A DNA stretch of 45,578 bases from Armatimonadota bacterium (lineage in GTDB: Bacteria > Armatimonadota > Hebobacteria > Hebobacterales > Hebobacteraceae): assembly GCA_050010895.1 (NCBI GenBank), contig JBEKKD010000002.1:1-45578 (forward strand), given 5' to 3'. Under the pieces are notes generated by a model that was not told the origin of the DNA, ran no database searches, and saw only the letters and a list, made by a program, of their open reading frames with translations. Position 1 is the first letter of the stretch. Every line of letters begins with the position of its first letter. The position numbers and the translations under genes are program-made. Shown here piece after piece: positions 9,250 through 17,971 of the stretch.

Positions 9250-10299
9250 TCATGAGCCTGGCGACGGCGTGGCCGCGGAGGCTGCCGCCGGGCGCGGCGA
9301 CGTCCTGCGCACCAGCCAGACCAAGAAAAGGGCGATCGGAACCCACACGGGCGAGTAGACGCCGAGCCAGATCCCGATGGTGGCGAGGCCGCGACCAGTG
9401 TCGATCAGCGACCGAACAGCCGACCGGGAGACGTCGGAGGCGGACCAGACCGGACCGCCAACGTTGACCCGCGGCTGTGGGCCGTCGAGCTGTACGCGGA
9501 TCGTGGACAGGCTGACGCGGTTCTCAAGGTAGCGCATGCGGCCGGAGATCCGCTCTATATCCCCGCGGACGCGGGCGAGGGTTGACTCGACCTCCAACAG
9601 ATCGCGCATCTTCCCGGCGCGCTGAAGCAGCTCCAGCAGACGCTGCTCCTCTCGCTCCAGGTTCCTTTTTCGGGAGGTCAGATCAACGTACTCCTCGGTG
9701 ACTTCCTGCGCCCCGATCTGCTTGCTGAGCAGCTTCCCCAGCGCGGCGATGCGGTCCACGGCGCTGTCCAGACCCAGGCCGGGGACCCGCAGCGTGACGC
9801 TGGCGGATGCCGGTCCGTTCTCGGAGTTGAAGATGGTCTCGGCGATGTACCCGTGCGCCGCGCGGGCGATCCGCGCCACCTCCTCATGCGCCTTGGCGAC
9901 GTCCTCGACCCGCACGCGCAAGTCAGCGGTACGGATGAGCATGGGCCCGGTCGGCCAGGGGAGGTTGGTAGTGGAGGCGCCCGGAGCGCGGGATTCAGCC
10001 TCTTTGGCTGCCTCGAAGGCCGGCTGCGTATTGGCGGCGAACACCGGCAGGGCGCCGCCTCCGCCGCCGGCCATGCCTCCGCCTCTGGCGCCGCCCATGC
10101 CGCCACCTGCGGGGGACCGCATCACGTGGCCGCTGGCGTCAACCGGGCCGGCGCCAGGGATCATATTCGTCTGCTTGGCGGTGTGGCTGGTCGTGCCGAG
10201 GCTGTAGGAGATAAGCAGCACAAGAAAGCCGGCGAACGCGAGCAGCAGCCAGAGAAGCCACCTGCGAGGGATATGCTGTACGGCGGCCTGTGCGTGCAT
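9250..10299 (-). CDS. DUF4349-like membrane protein
   Basis: The N-terminal TM segment is WLLWLLLAFAGFLVLLISY. It is followed by a Gly-rich tract. The DUF4349-like core is LIRTADLRVRVEDV...SVTLRVPGLGLDSAVDRIAALG...EEYVDLTSRKRNLEREEQRLLELL. A C-terminal TM segment completes the protein. Confidence 0.7.
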   Translation of the reverse strand: MHAQAAVQHIPRRWLLWLLLAFAGFLVLLISYSLGTTSHTAKQTNMIPGAGPVDASGHVMRSPAGGGMGGARGGGMAGGGGGALPVFAANTQPAFEAAKEAESRAPGASTTNLPWPTGPMLIRTADLRVRVEDVAKAHEEVARIARAAHGYIAETIFNSENGPASASVTLRVPGLGLDSAVDRIAALGKLLSKQIGAQEVTEEYVDLTSRKRNLEREEQRLLELLQRAGKMRDLLEVESTLARVRGDIERISGRMRYLENRVSLSTIRVQLDGPQPRVNVGGPVWSASDVSRSAVRSLIDTGRGLATIGIWLGVYSPVWVPIALFLVWLVRRTSPRPAAASAATPSPGS

Positions 10300-10518
10300 C
10301 GTTCAGTCTCCTGGGACGCAATGTGCCGCCCTGCCTACGCCGGAGATTAGACCGCGGAAAGAGGCCGCGAGTTCCGGCTGCTCCGCGGCGCGCATCCCAG
10401 AATGGTCGCTTTTCGTTCACACTTCTGTTAGCATAAAAGCGTATTGTTAGGATGGGATAGCAGAGGCCGCGCTTCTGCCCTGATTGGACGCCGTCTCGAC
10501 GGCTGAAGGAGATTGGGA

Positions 10519-11400
10519 ATGCGGATCTGGCGTTGGTGGATGCTGGCGGCGCTCGCCGCTGGGGCTGCCGCTGTCGCGGCGGGCTGCGGCTCGAAGCCGT
10601 CATACGAATCGAGCAGCAAGCCCGTGGTGGCCAAGCTGGCCGTCGCCGAGAAGAGCACCATCACGGTGCTGGTTCCGTGCGGCCAGGTAGGGCCGTTCTC
10701 GAGGATCTCGAAGCTCTACGAGCAGCAGCACCCCGGAGTCAAGATCGAGTGGGAGCAAGACAACATCGTCGTCATGACGAAGAAGGTGCTGGACGGGAAG
10801 GCGAAACCGGACGCGTTCCTATCCATGAGTGACCTGGAGATGGATCAGATCCAGAAGGCGGGACTGCTGATGGACGGCACCCGCGCCAAGATCGCCGAGA
10901 ATTCGCTGGCCATTGTCATTCCGGCAGCGAACCCGGGCGGTGTGAACGGGATCGAGGATTTCGCCAAGCCGAGCGTAAAGCTGATCGCTGTGCCGGATCC
11001 GGATCGAAACGGAGTCGGGAAGCACACCAAAGAGGCGCTGGAGAAGCTCGGCATCTGGGATAAGGTGCAGAAGAAGATTCTCCTGCCGCAGTATGCCGCC
11101 GACAGCAAGGACCTGGCCGCCGAGGGCAAGGTAGAGGCGGCTATCGCGTATTACCCGTGCTCTGTGGAAGTGCATGTGAAAGGTGCGCTGCCGGCGCTGC
11201 CAAAGAATCTGAAACTCGTCGGCGCTATCCCGTCTAATCTCTATCCTGAGTTCGCTTGCGAGGCCGGCGTGATCAGCGGCGCCCAGAACCCCGATGGCGG
11301 TAAGTCCCTGATCGAGTTCCTGAAGACGCCGGAGGTTCAGAAGATCTACAAGGACTGGGAGTTCGTCCGCGAACCGAAAGAGAAGGCGGCGGGGACGTAA
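10519..11400 (+). CDS. ModA-like periplasmic oxyanion (molybdate/tungstate family) binding lipoprotein
   Basis: The ATG at 10519 lies 7 nt after AAGGAG. The lipobox-like sequence is LAAGAAAVAAGC. The body resembles ModA (ITVLVP..., PDAFLSMSDLEMDQIQKAGLL, IAENSLAIVIP, VGKHTKEALEKLGIWDKV). No modB or modC gene is adjacent. Confidence 0.6.
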   Translation: MRIWRWWMLAALAAGAAAVAAGCGSKPSYESSSKPVVAKLAVAEKSTITVLVPCGQVGPFSRISKLYEQQHPGVKIEWEQDNIVVMTKKVLDGKAKPDAFLSMSDLEMDQIQKAGLLMDGTRAKIAENSLAIVIPAANPGGVNGIEDFAKPSVKLIAVPDPDRNGVGKHTKEALEKLGIWDKVQKKILLPQYAADSKDLAAEGKVEAAIAYYPCSVEVHVKGALPALPKNLKLVGAIPSNLYPEFACEAGVISGAQNPDGGKSLIEFLKTPEVQKIYKDWEFVREPKEKAAGT

Positions 11401-11539
11401 CCAGGGCCGCCGTTCGAGTATTGGCCGCCGCCCCGGATTGCAGGGGCGGGTTCCTTCGCATCGAATACAGGACGGTGATATCCTGAAGCGTCTGGGCGAG
11501 GCGCTGCTCGACAGTGTGAGCAGATCGGAGGTGTGTGGC

Positions 11540-11722
11540 GTGATTGGACGAGGCATCGCGGTCGCGGGCATCTGGCTGGGGATGGGGATGGCTATCGGCC
11601 TGACGGCAACGGCACATCCGAACCTGCCTGGATGGGTTTACAAGTGGATTATCGTGAGTGCAGTGATCGTGACGCTGCCGATCGTGTTGCCGCTGATTGT
11701 GCCTTCCGCGGAGAAGCAGTAG
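11540..11722 (+). CDS. Small (60 aa) two-TM membrane protein, hypothetical
   Basis: A GTG at 11540 lies 8 nt after GGAGG. The product has two hydrophobic helices (IAVAGIWLGMGMAIGLTA and WIIVSAVIVTLPIVLPLIV). By eye, third codon positions are G/C-biased. I recognise no family. Confidence 0.35.
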   Translation: MIGRGIAVAGIWLGMGMAIGLTATAHPNLPGWVYKWIIVSAVIVTLPIVLPLIVPSAEKQ

Positions 11723-11836
11723 ACGACGCACCGACCCGCAGTGGCTGACGCAGTGCGACCCATGGCAGGAGCGAGTTCCTGCCGAGGGGATGCCATGTGT
11801 CCGATCGCTCGTGCCCGCGTGAATGAGGAGCGCGTT

Positions 11837-12418
11837 GTGAAGGTAGGAGTGGTGGCGGTTCAGGGAGCATCGCGCGAGCATCTCCAGGCACTTCGGCGTC
11901 TGGAGGTGGAAGCGATGGGCGTTCGGACCCCGGAAGAGGTGGCGGCATCTGACGCGCTGATCATCCCAGGGGGTGAGAGCACGACCATCGGGAAGCTGAT
12001 GGCGCGGTACGGTCTGTTGGAGGCGGTGAAAGAGCACGCCGTGTCGGGTAAGCCGCTACTGGGCACCTGTGCGGGCATGATCCTGATGGCGAAGCACATC
12101 GAGGCGGCGGCGAAGGACCAGCCCCGGCTGGATCTCATGGATATCACTGTCGAGCGCAATGCCTTCGGCCGTCAGGTCGACAGCTTCGAGACCGATATAG
12201 ACTTCAGGGGCGTGAACAGCGGCCGGGTACGGGCGGTGTTCATCCGCGCGCCGGTCATCCAGTGCGTGGGCGAGGGGGTCGATGTGCTCGCCGTGCACGA
12301 GGGCCGGATCATCGCCGCGCGCCAGGGGAATCTTCTGGTGCTCGCATTTCACCCCGAACTCACGGATGATCTGCGGATTCACAGGTACTTCCTGTCGATG
12401 GTGGGAGCGGCGGCCTGA
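11837..12418 (+). CDS. pdxT: Pyridoxal 5'-phosphate synthase glutaminase subunit PdxT
   Basis: The GTG at 11837 lies 6 nt after GAGGAG. The sequence VKVGVVAVQGASREHLQAL...ALIIPGGESTTIGKL...GKPLLGTCAGMILMA...FGRQVDSFE...AVFIRAP...LAFHPELT is the classic PdxT/SNO pattern with a catalytic Cys. The product is 193 aa. Confidence 0.85.
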   Translation: MKVGVVAVQGASREHLQALRRLEVEAMGVRTPEEVAASDALIIPGGESTTIGKLMARYGLLEAVKEHAVSGKPLLGTCAGMILMAKHIEAAAKDQPRLDLMDITVERNAFGRQVDSFETDIDFRGVNSGRVRAVFIRAPVIQCVGEGVDVLAVHEGRIIAARQGNLLVLAFHPELTDDLRIHRYFLSMVGAAA

Positions 12419-12490
12419 GCTGCCGGGGCGCGAACGTGCCCTGCGGTGGGGGTTGCACGGATTGTCAGCGTGTGCCACAAGAGGGACTGA

Positions 12491-12519
12491 AGCGCCGAAG
12501 GCGGAGGGGCTTCGGCGCT
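12491..12519 (+). terminator. GC-rich hairpin after pdxT, a possible terminator without a U-tract
   Basis: A perfect 10-bp stem AGCGCCGAAG / CTTCGGCGCT has a 9-nt loop and lies 73 nt after the pdxT stop. No T-run follows it. Confidence 0.3.
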
Positions 12520-12578
12520 GAAGCACCGCAGCGACGAGCAGGAGTTCAGCAGTTCTCAACTGGAGCGAGGAGGCCGGA

Positions 12579-13352
12579 ATGGTCGGCGCGCTTGGCCGGC
12601 AAGCGATTGCTGCTGTCGCTTTCGTGGGAGACCAAGTGCTGCTGCTGACGAGCGCGACCGGATACATCGCGCGCGGGCGGCTTGGGCTGCGCCGGACCAT
12701 GGACCAGATGGCGATCGCGGGCACGGACTCCCTGCCCATCGTGGTCGTGACGCTGCTCTTCGTGGGTATGGCCTGGGGCTTCAACACGGTGCACTATCTC
12801 GTGCAGTTCGGGGCCATCAGCTATTACGGCGGAAGCACGTCGATTGCGATCGCTCGCGAGCTCGGTCCTGCTCTCTGCGGAGTCGTGGTGGCCGCGCGCA
12901 TCGGCTCCGCGTATGCGGCCCAGCTCGGAACCATGGTGGTCACCGAGCAGGTCGACGCGCTGCACGCGCTCGCCGTGAACCCCATTTACTACCTCGTCGT
13001 CCCGCGACTGGTGGCCTGCGTCCTCATGCTGCCTGTGCTGACGGTGGTGGCCGACGTCACAGGCATTTTCGGCGCCTTCATCATCTCGGTGAACCAGGGA
13101 ATCAGCTCCGGCGTCTACATCAGCTCGATCCAGCAGTGGATGAGCGCCAATGACCTATACGGAGGGATCGCGAAGGGGTTCGTCTTCGGGGCCATCATTG
13201 CGCTGGTCGGCTGTCGGCAAGGGCTCCGCACGACCGGCGGCGCCGAGGGGGTAGGCCGCGCTGCCACCAGTTCGGTGGTGCTCAGCATCGTGCTCATCTA
13301 CATCGCGAATCTGCTCCTAACCGTGTTCCTCTTCGGCGGACCTGCGACATGA
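12579..13352 (+). CDS. mlaE: MlaE-family ABC transporter permease
   Basis: The ATG is preceded by GAGGAGG. The 257-aa polytopic protein carries the MlaE/YrbE-like segment ARELGPALCGVVVAARIGSAYAAQLGTMVVTEQVDAL. It is followed by an ATPase gene and an MCE gene. Confidence 0.85.
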   Translation: MVGALGRQAIAAVAFVGDQVLLLTSATGYIARGRLGLRRTMDQMAIAGTDSLPIVVVTLLFVGMAWGFNTVHYLVQFGAISYYGGSTSIAIARELGPALCGVVVAARIGSAYAAQLGTMVVTEQVDALHALAVNPIYYLVVPRLVACVLMLPVLTVVADVTGIFGAFIISVNQGISSGVYISSIQQWMSANDLYGGIAKGFVFGAIIALVGCRQGLRTTGGAEGVGRAATSSVVLSIVLIYIANLLLTVFLFGGPAT

Positions 13353-14122
13353 CGGCCTCGGATAGCCCCGCGTTGGCGGTCCGGAAGCTCTCCTACGCCG
13401 TTGGCGGTAAGACCGTTCTCGATGGTGTAGATCTCACCGTGGCCCGCTCCGAGATCATGGGCATCATGGGCCGCAGCGGCACCGGCAAGACGACGCTGCT
13501 GAGGCTGATCATGGGGCTGGTGAAGCCGGCCGCAGGCGGGATTCTGGTCTTCGGTCGGGACATCGTCGGCCTGAGCGAGGAGCAGCTCGACCGCGTTCGT
13601 CTGGATATGGGAATGGTGTTTCAGGGGGCTGCGCTCTTCGATTCCATGACCGTCGCCGAGAACGTTTCCTTCGGCTTGATGGAACATCGGCGCGTCCCGC
13701 GGAAAGGCATGGCAGGGCGGGTTCGTGAATTGCTTGAAATGGTGGACATGGGCGGCAGCGAGAATCTGATGCCGGCGCAGTTGTCCGGGGGAATGCGCAA
13801 GCGCGTCGGCATCGCGCGGGCGCTCGCCATGGAACCGTCGCTCATGCTGTACGACGAGCCGACTGCCGGCCTGGACCCCATCTCCGCCGTAGCCATCGAT
13901 ACCCTCATCGTTCGGCTGTGCGAACAGGTGGGGGTAACCTCGGTCATCGCCTCGCACGACGTTCCCAGCCTGCGCCGGGTATCGGATCGCGCGGCGCTGC
14001 TGCACAACGGCGCGTTCGCCGCCGTCGGAAGCATGGCCGGGCTCGAGGCGAGCGCCGATCCTGTGGTGAGACAGTTTCTGTCGGGCAGCCCCGAGGGTCC
14101 GATGACCGGCGAGGCGGGATAG
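13349..14122 (+). CDS. mlaF: MlaF-like ABC transporter ATP-binding protein
   Basis: Walker A is GRSGTGKTT, the signature is LSGGMRKRVGIARAL and Walker B is LMLYDEPTAGLD. The start overlaps the mlaE stop as ATGA. Confidence 0.9.
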   Translation: MTASDSPALAVRKLSYAVGGKTVLDGVDLTVARSEIMGIMGRSGTGKTTLLRLIMGLVKPAAGGILVFGRDIVGLSEEQLDRVRLDMGMVFQGAALFDSMTVAENVSFGLMEHRRVPRKGMAGRVRELLEMVDMGGSENLMPAQLSGGMRKRVGIARALAMEPSLMLYDEPTAGLDPISAVAIDTLIVRLCEQVGVTSVIASHDVPSLRRVSDRAALLHNGAFAAVGSMAGLEASADPVVRQFLSGSPEGPMTGEAG

Positions 14123-14133
14123 GGAGGTACACG

Positions 14134-15519
14134 GTGCGGCATGGTGCAGAACTCAAAGTCGGGTTGATCACCCTCCTGGCGGTGGCGCTGCTCGCGCTCT
14201 TCACCTACTACATCCGCGGCAGCCTCGGCGCCAAGCACACCTACGCCGTCTTCGTGCTCTTCGACAATGCTCGCGGGCTGCAGCAGGGCGATCCTGTGCG
14301 TATGGTGGGGGTGAAGATCGGCGAGGTGAACAGCGTCAAGATCACGCCGGCTCCCCGCAAGGCCCAGGTCATGCTGGTGATAGACAGGCAGTATCCCCTC
14401 TACTACAACTACACGTTTCAGATCGCCGCGAGCGGGCTGATCCAGGAGCGCTCCATTGAGGTGATTCCCGCGCCGCCCGGCGAAGAGGGTCTGCAGCTCG
14501 CCGACCAGAGCAAGGTTGCGGGCACCGCCGCGCCCGATCTGTCGGACCTGCTCCAGGCCGGGGGAACCGTTCTCACCAGCCTCCAGCAGACCTCCGAGCA
14601 GCTGCGTTCCGTAATGGGCGACAAGGAACTGATGGGGAATGTGCGCAAAGCGCTGGAGAGCTTCGCCCTCGCGTCCGACTCGGCGAGAGATCTGGCCGAT
14701 ACCGCCGCGGCCATCGCTCAGCAGTCCCAGCCCCAGACGCAGGAGATACTGACGCGACTGCGGATGGCGGCGGCCGACATGCAGTCCACCACGAGCGCCG
14801 TCCGCGATACCCTCCAGAAGGGCACGACGCTTCAGGACCTGCAGGAGACAGCAGCCAACGTCCGCGCCACCAGTAAGAACGCGGAGCGTCTGAGCGCCAG
14901 CATCGCCGAACTTGCCGGGAATCCAGAGGTACAAGGGGACCTGAAAGGCACGGTGAAGGACCTTCGCACCATGACCGCGACGCTCAAGGATGTCTCGGCC
15001 GATCTGAAGGCATTCTCCGGGCAACTGAAAGAGGCCGCTCCGTCGATCCCGAGGGTGGCAAAGCAGGCCGAGCAGATGACCACCACCGTGACCCAGTTGC
15101 AGGAGCGGCTGAAGCCCCCGGAGATGCACGCCGATTTCCACGTGCTCTACAGCCCTAAGGCCGGACGCAGCTTCTCCACCGCCAACGTGGACTTCAACTA
15201 TCCCACGATGTCGCAGCGCTTCCTGAGGCTGGGCGTCGATGATATCGGAGAGGAGACCGGCGTCAACGCCCAGGTCGGGGAGCGGATGCGGCTCGGGGCG
15301 ATACGATATGGCCTCGTACGATCGCGGCTCGGCATCGGATTTGACTACCGGCCGCGCGGGCGGGCCGGCGTCTCGGTGGACCTCTTCAATCCGAACTCGC
15401 TGCGCGCGGATGTGATGGGCGACGTCCCCCTGGCCAACAGCGACTGGTCCCTGATGATGGGCGTGCGTGACCTGGGCAAAGGGAACCTGTACGTGGTCGG
15501 CGGCAAAGTCACGCGATGA
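14134..15519 (+). CDS. MlaD/MCE-domain protein with a long helical region and a beta-rich C-terminal extension
   Basis: The GTG at 14134 lies 6 nt after GGGAGG. The TM anchor is LKVGLITLLAVALLALF. The MCE core is FDNARGLQQGDPVRMVGVKIGEVNSVKI. It is followed by ~230 aa of helical low-complexity sequence and ~135 aa with alternating-hydrophobic (beta-like) patterns. The product is 461 aa. Confidence 0.8.
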   Translation: MRHGAELKVGLITLLAVALLALFTYYIRGSLGAKHTYAVFVLFDNARGLQQGDPVRMVGVKIGEVNSVKITPAPRKAQVMLVIDRQYPLYYNYTFQIAASGLIQERSIEVIPAPPGEEGLQLADQSKVAGTAAPDLSDLLQAGGTVLTSLQQTSEQLRSVMGDKELMGNVRKALESFALASDSARDLADTAAAIAQQSQPQTQEILTRLRMAAADMQSTTSAVRDTLQKGTTLQDLQETAANVRATSKNAERLSASIAELAGNPEVQGDLKGTVKDLRTMTATLKDVSADLKAFSGQLKEAAPSIPRVAKQAEQMTTTVTQLQERLKPPEMHADFHVLYSPKAGRSFSTANVDFNYPTMSQRFLRLGVDDIGEETGVNAQVGERMRLGAIRYGLVRSRLGIGFDYRPRGRAGVSVDLFNPNSLRADVMGDVPLANSDWSLMMGVRDLGKGNLYVVGGKVTR

Positions 15520-16379
15520 GCCGGTCAAAGGCTGGAACGGGGCGAGCTCGCGTCGCCATCGCGCAGGGAGAAGACCCCGGCGCGATGGTGCGGTTCGTGT
15601 TGGAGAAGATTGGCGCGGCGCAGGCCGTGAAGCCGGGTGATCGGGTGGTGCTCAAGCCCAACTACGTCGAGCCCAGAATGCCGGAGACCGGCATCACCAC
15701 CGACCCCCTCGTGATCGAAGCGATCATCCTCTGGCTGCGGGACCTGGGCGTCCGCGATATCACCGTCGCCGAAGGCGGCGACACGCAGGCGAAGACCGAC
15801 CGCGCCTTCGATATGATGGGCCTTCGCGAGATGGTGGAGCGTCACAGTGTCCGGTTGCTCAACGCTTTCACGGATGAGCGGGTGGTGGTGAAGATCCCGA
15901 ACGCGATGTCGTTGCGAGAGGTGGGGCTCGCGCGGACCATCCTGGAGGCGGACTGCCTGATCAATCTGCCCAAGCTCAAGTGCCACAGCATGGCCTATGT
16001 CACCCTCGGGATCAAGAACCTCATGGGAGCGGTCATCCCCGACAAGATGATCATGCACCACGAGATCGACGAACGGTTGCGCGACCTGGCGACGGTGCTG
16101 CCGTACAGCATCTGCATCATCGACGGCCTCGTCGGCTCGGAGCGGCATGAGACCGCGGGCTCACCGGTGAAGACCGACGTGATTGTCGCCGGCGCGAACC
16201 CGGTGGCGACGGACGCGGTGGGGGCGATGGTGATGGACATCGATCCCGCGAAGGTGGACCATCTGCGCCTGGCGTCACAGGCCGGCCTTGGCGAGTACCG
16301 TCCCGAGAAGATCGAAGTCGTCGGAACGCCGGTGGAGCAGGTGCGAAAGCAGTACCGGAAGCCGTGGGGGTTTGGGTAG
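15516..16379 (+). CDS. DUF362 domain protein
   Basis: The segments VVLKPNYVEP...TTDPLVIEAII..., CLINLPKLKCHSMAYVTLGIKNLMG, IIDGLVGSE and VAGANPVATDAVGAMVM match the DUF362 pattern. The start overlaps the mlaD-like stop as ATGA. Confidence 0.75.
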   Translation: MSRSKAGTGRARVAIAQGEDPGAMVRFVLEKIGAAQAVKPGDRVVLKPNYVEPRMPETGITTDPLVIEAIILWLRDLGVRDITVAEGGDTQAKTDRAFDMMGLREMVERHSVRLLNAFTDERVVVKIPNAMSLREVGLARTILEADCLINLPKLKCHSMAYVTLGIKNLMGAVIPDKMIMHHEIDERLRDLATVLPYSICIIDGLVGSERHETAGSPVKTDVIVAGANPVATDAVGAMVMDIDPAKVDHLRLASQAGLGEYRPEKIEVVGTPVEQVRKQYRKPWGFG

Positions 16380-16761
16380 GAGGCGACGGAAACGGGGGAG
16401 GCGAAGTTTCGGGTGACACTGGCAAGAAGAAGCGTGGTCGCGCGACACGGGCGCACATAGTCAATGCCGCTCCCCTGAGAGCCCACCCAGCTTTCGGCAT
16501 GTGGCGCGACCGCGAGGATATGCGCGATGTACGGAGATAGCTGCGCAAGCTCCGAGCCCCGCGCTTTCGCCTTCACTGGCTAACCTCTGCGTTGGCTATC
16601 TGATCGCGGGGACGGCCACGAAACGTAACTTTGCATTGTGCAGCGCGCCGATCGGCGCCAGAAGGTGTTGCGGACGTAGGAGCTTCGCAGCACGCTTCAG
16701 ACAGACCGAGAGGGGGCAGCAAACGCGCTCCTGCACTCCCAAGCATCCGAGCGGGGTCCGC

Positions 16762-17877
16762 TCACATCCCCTGCAGCACCTCCAGCATCTTCCGATCCAG
16801 CTTGTGCCCGTGGAAGTCCTCGTAGTCCACATCGGCGCGGTCGGAGTCGAGGATGCCGAACGGGCCGCGGAAGTTCCACACACCGTAGCCGATGTTGTGC
16901 TCTTTGAGCAGGCCGAGAGTGTCGCTCAGCCACGCAAGCGCGACGGGGTGCGGGGTCTTGTTGTAGACGCCGCCTTCATTGAAGTGCACACCGACACCGC
17001 GATCGGCGAGTTCGAACCAGGGGCGGAGGCGGCTTTCGAGCACACTGCGATCCCAGCGTTTGCTATCGGTGACGGTGCCGGGCCAGGTCGGCTCCGGGCA
17101 GTTCATCACCTCCGGACCGCCCCATCTCGCACGGTAGTGCGTGAGCAGGTGCGGCGCATAGAAGTGACCGCTCTGCGCGATGCCGAGGTCGGCCAGCTCA
17201 GGACACGGCTCGCTTGCCCATTCGAGACCATCCGCGATCATCAGGCGGTCCGGCGAGACCTCGCGAATGGCCGCGGTTACCTTGCGGATGACGTTGGCGT
17301 GTTCCTCGCGAGTCATCTTCCCGATCTCCAGCGCCGGCTCGTTGAGCAGATTGAAGGAGAGCTGTGAGCTTGGAATGCTTTGGTAGCGCTTCGCGTAGGC
17401 CTGCCAGAGGTGACAGAAGGCGTCCTGCGCGGCCTCGTCTTTCCACAGGTCGAGTTCGCCGGTATCCTCGGACTCGTGATAGGCGTACCCCGGCGCGGTA
17501 TGCATGTCCAGGCAGGCGTGCAGGTTGTGGGCGCGGGCCAGCTCAATGCCGCGGTCCACCTCCGCGAGACCTCGCTCATTCGGCGTGTAGCAATCGCCGT
17601 CAACCACGACCTGTTGATATGCGACAGAGATTCGCGCGTAGTCGAACCCCCAGTCCGCGATCCACGCGAAGTCGTCCTTTCGGAACGGCTCGTACTTCCC
17701 GGAGTAGAACATGTTGTGGACGTTGAACCCGCGCCAGCGCGGTAAGACCTTCTGCAAGATGTGCTCCTCTCGCAACGTCGGCGCGCGTGAATTCGGGGCG
17801 CAGTCCGCCATTCCCGCTGCCAACAAGCATCCGGCCGCCATCGTTTTCAGGAGATCGCGGCGGGTAATCGGCTGCAT
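16762..17877 (-). CDS. Glycoside hydrolase family 5 (cellulase-type) enzyme with a Tat-like signal
   Basis: The N-terminus MQPITRRDLLKTMAAGCLLAAG is a twin-arginine-like signal. GH5-like blocks include RGFNV, WGFDYARI, FNLLNEP (catalytic acid/base NEP motif) and HFNEGG. The ATG at 17877 lies 5 nt after GGGAGGGG. Confidence 0.8.
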   Translation of the reverse strand: MQPITRRDLLKTMAAGCLLAAGMADCAPNSRAPTLREEHILQKVLPRWRGFNVHNMFYSGKYEPFRKDDFAWIADWGFDYARISVAYQQVVVDGDCYTPNERGLAEVDRGIELARAHNLHACLDMHTAPGYAYHESEDTGELDLWKDEAAQDAFCHLWQAYAKRYQSIPSSQLSFNLLNEPALEIGKMTREEHANVIRKVTAAIREVSPDRLMIADGLEWASEPCPELADLGIAQSGHFYAPHLLTHYRARWGGPEVMNCPEPTWPGTVTDSKRWDRSVLESRLRPWFELADRGVGVHFNEGGVYNKTPHPVALAWLSDTLGLLKEHNIGYGVWNFRGPFGILDSDRADVDYEDFHGHKLDRKMLEVLQGM

Positions 17878-17971
17878 CAGAACCCCTCCCAGCGCGGCTC
17901 ACAGCCGCCGCGACGGCTCTGGTGCATCCCGTCGGCGAGTCCTGAAAGCGACTCCAGGACTCGGTCGGCCG

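Noticed and set aside
13621-15528. 635-aa - strand ORF
   Set aside because: It is antisense to the mlaF and mlaD-like genes, which carry Walker/ABC and MCE motifs. It has low-complexity Arg/Gly/His-rich composition and is a shadow ORF.
16645-16658. Perfect 14-bp palindrome GCGCCGATCGGCGC in the convergent DUF362/GH5 intergenic region
   Set aside because: It could be a bidirectional terminator stem or a protein-binding site. There is no flanking T/A-run and no second copy in the window. A GC-rich palindrome of this size could occur by chance in this composition.
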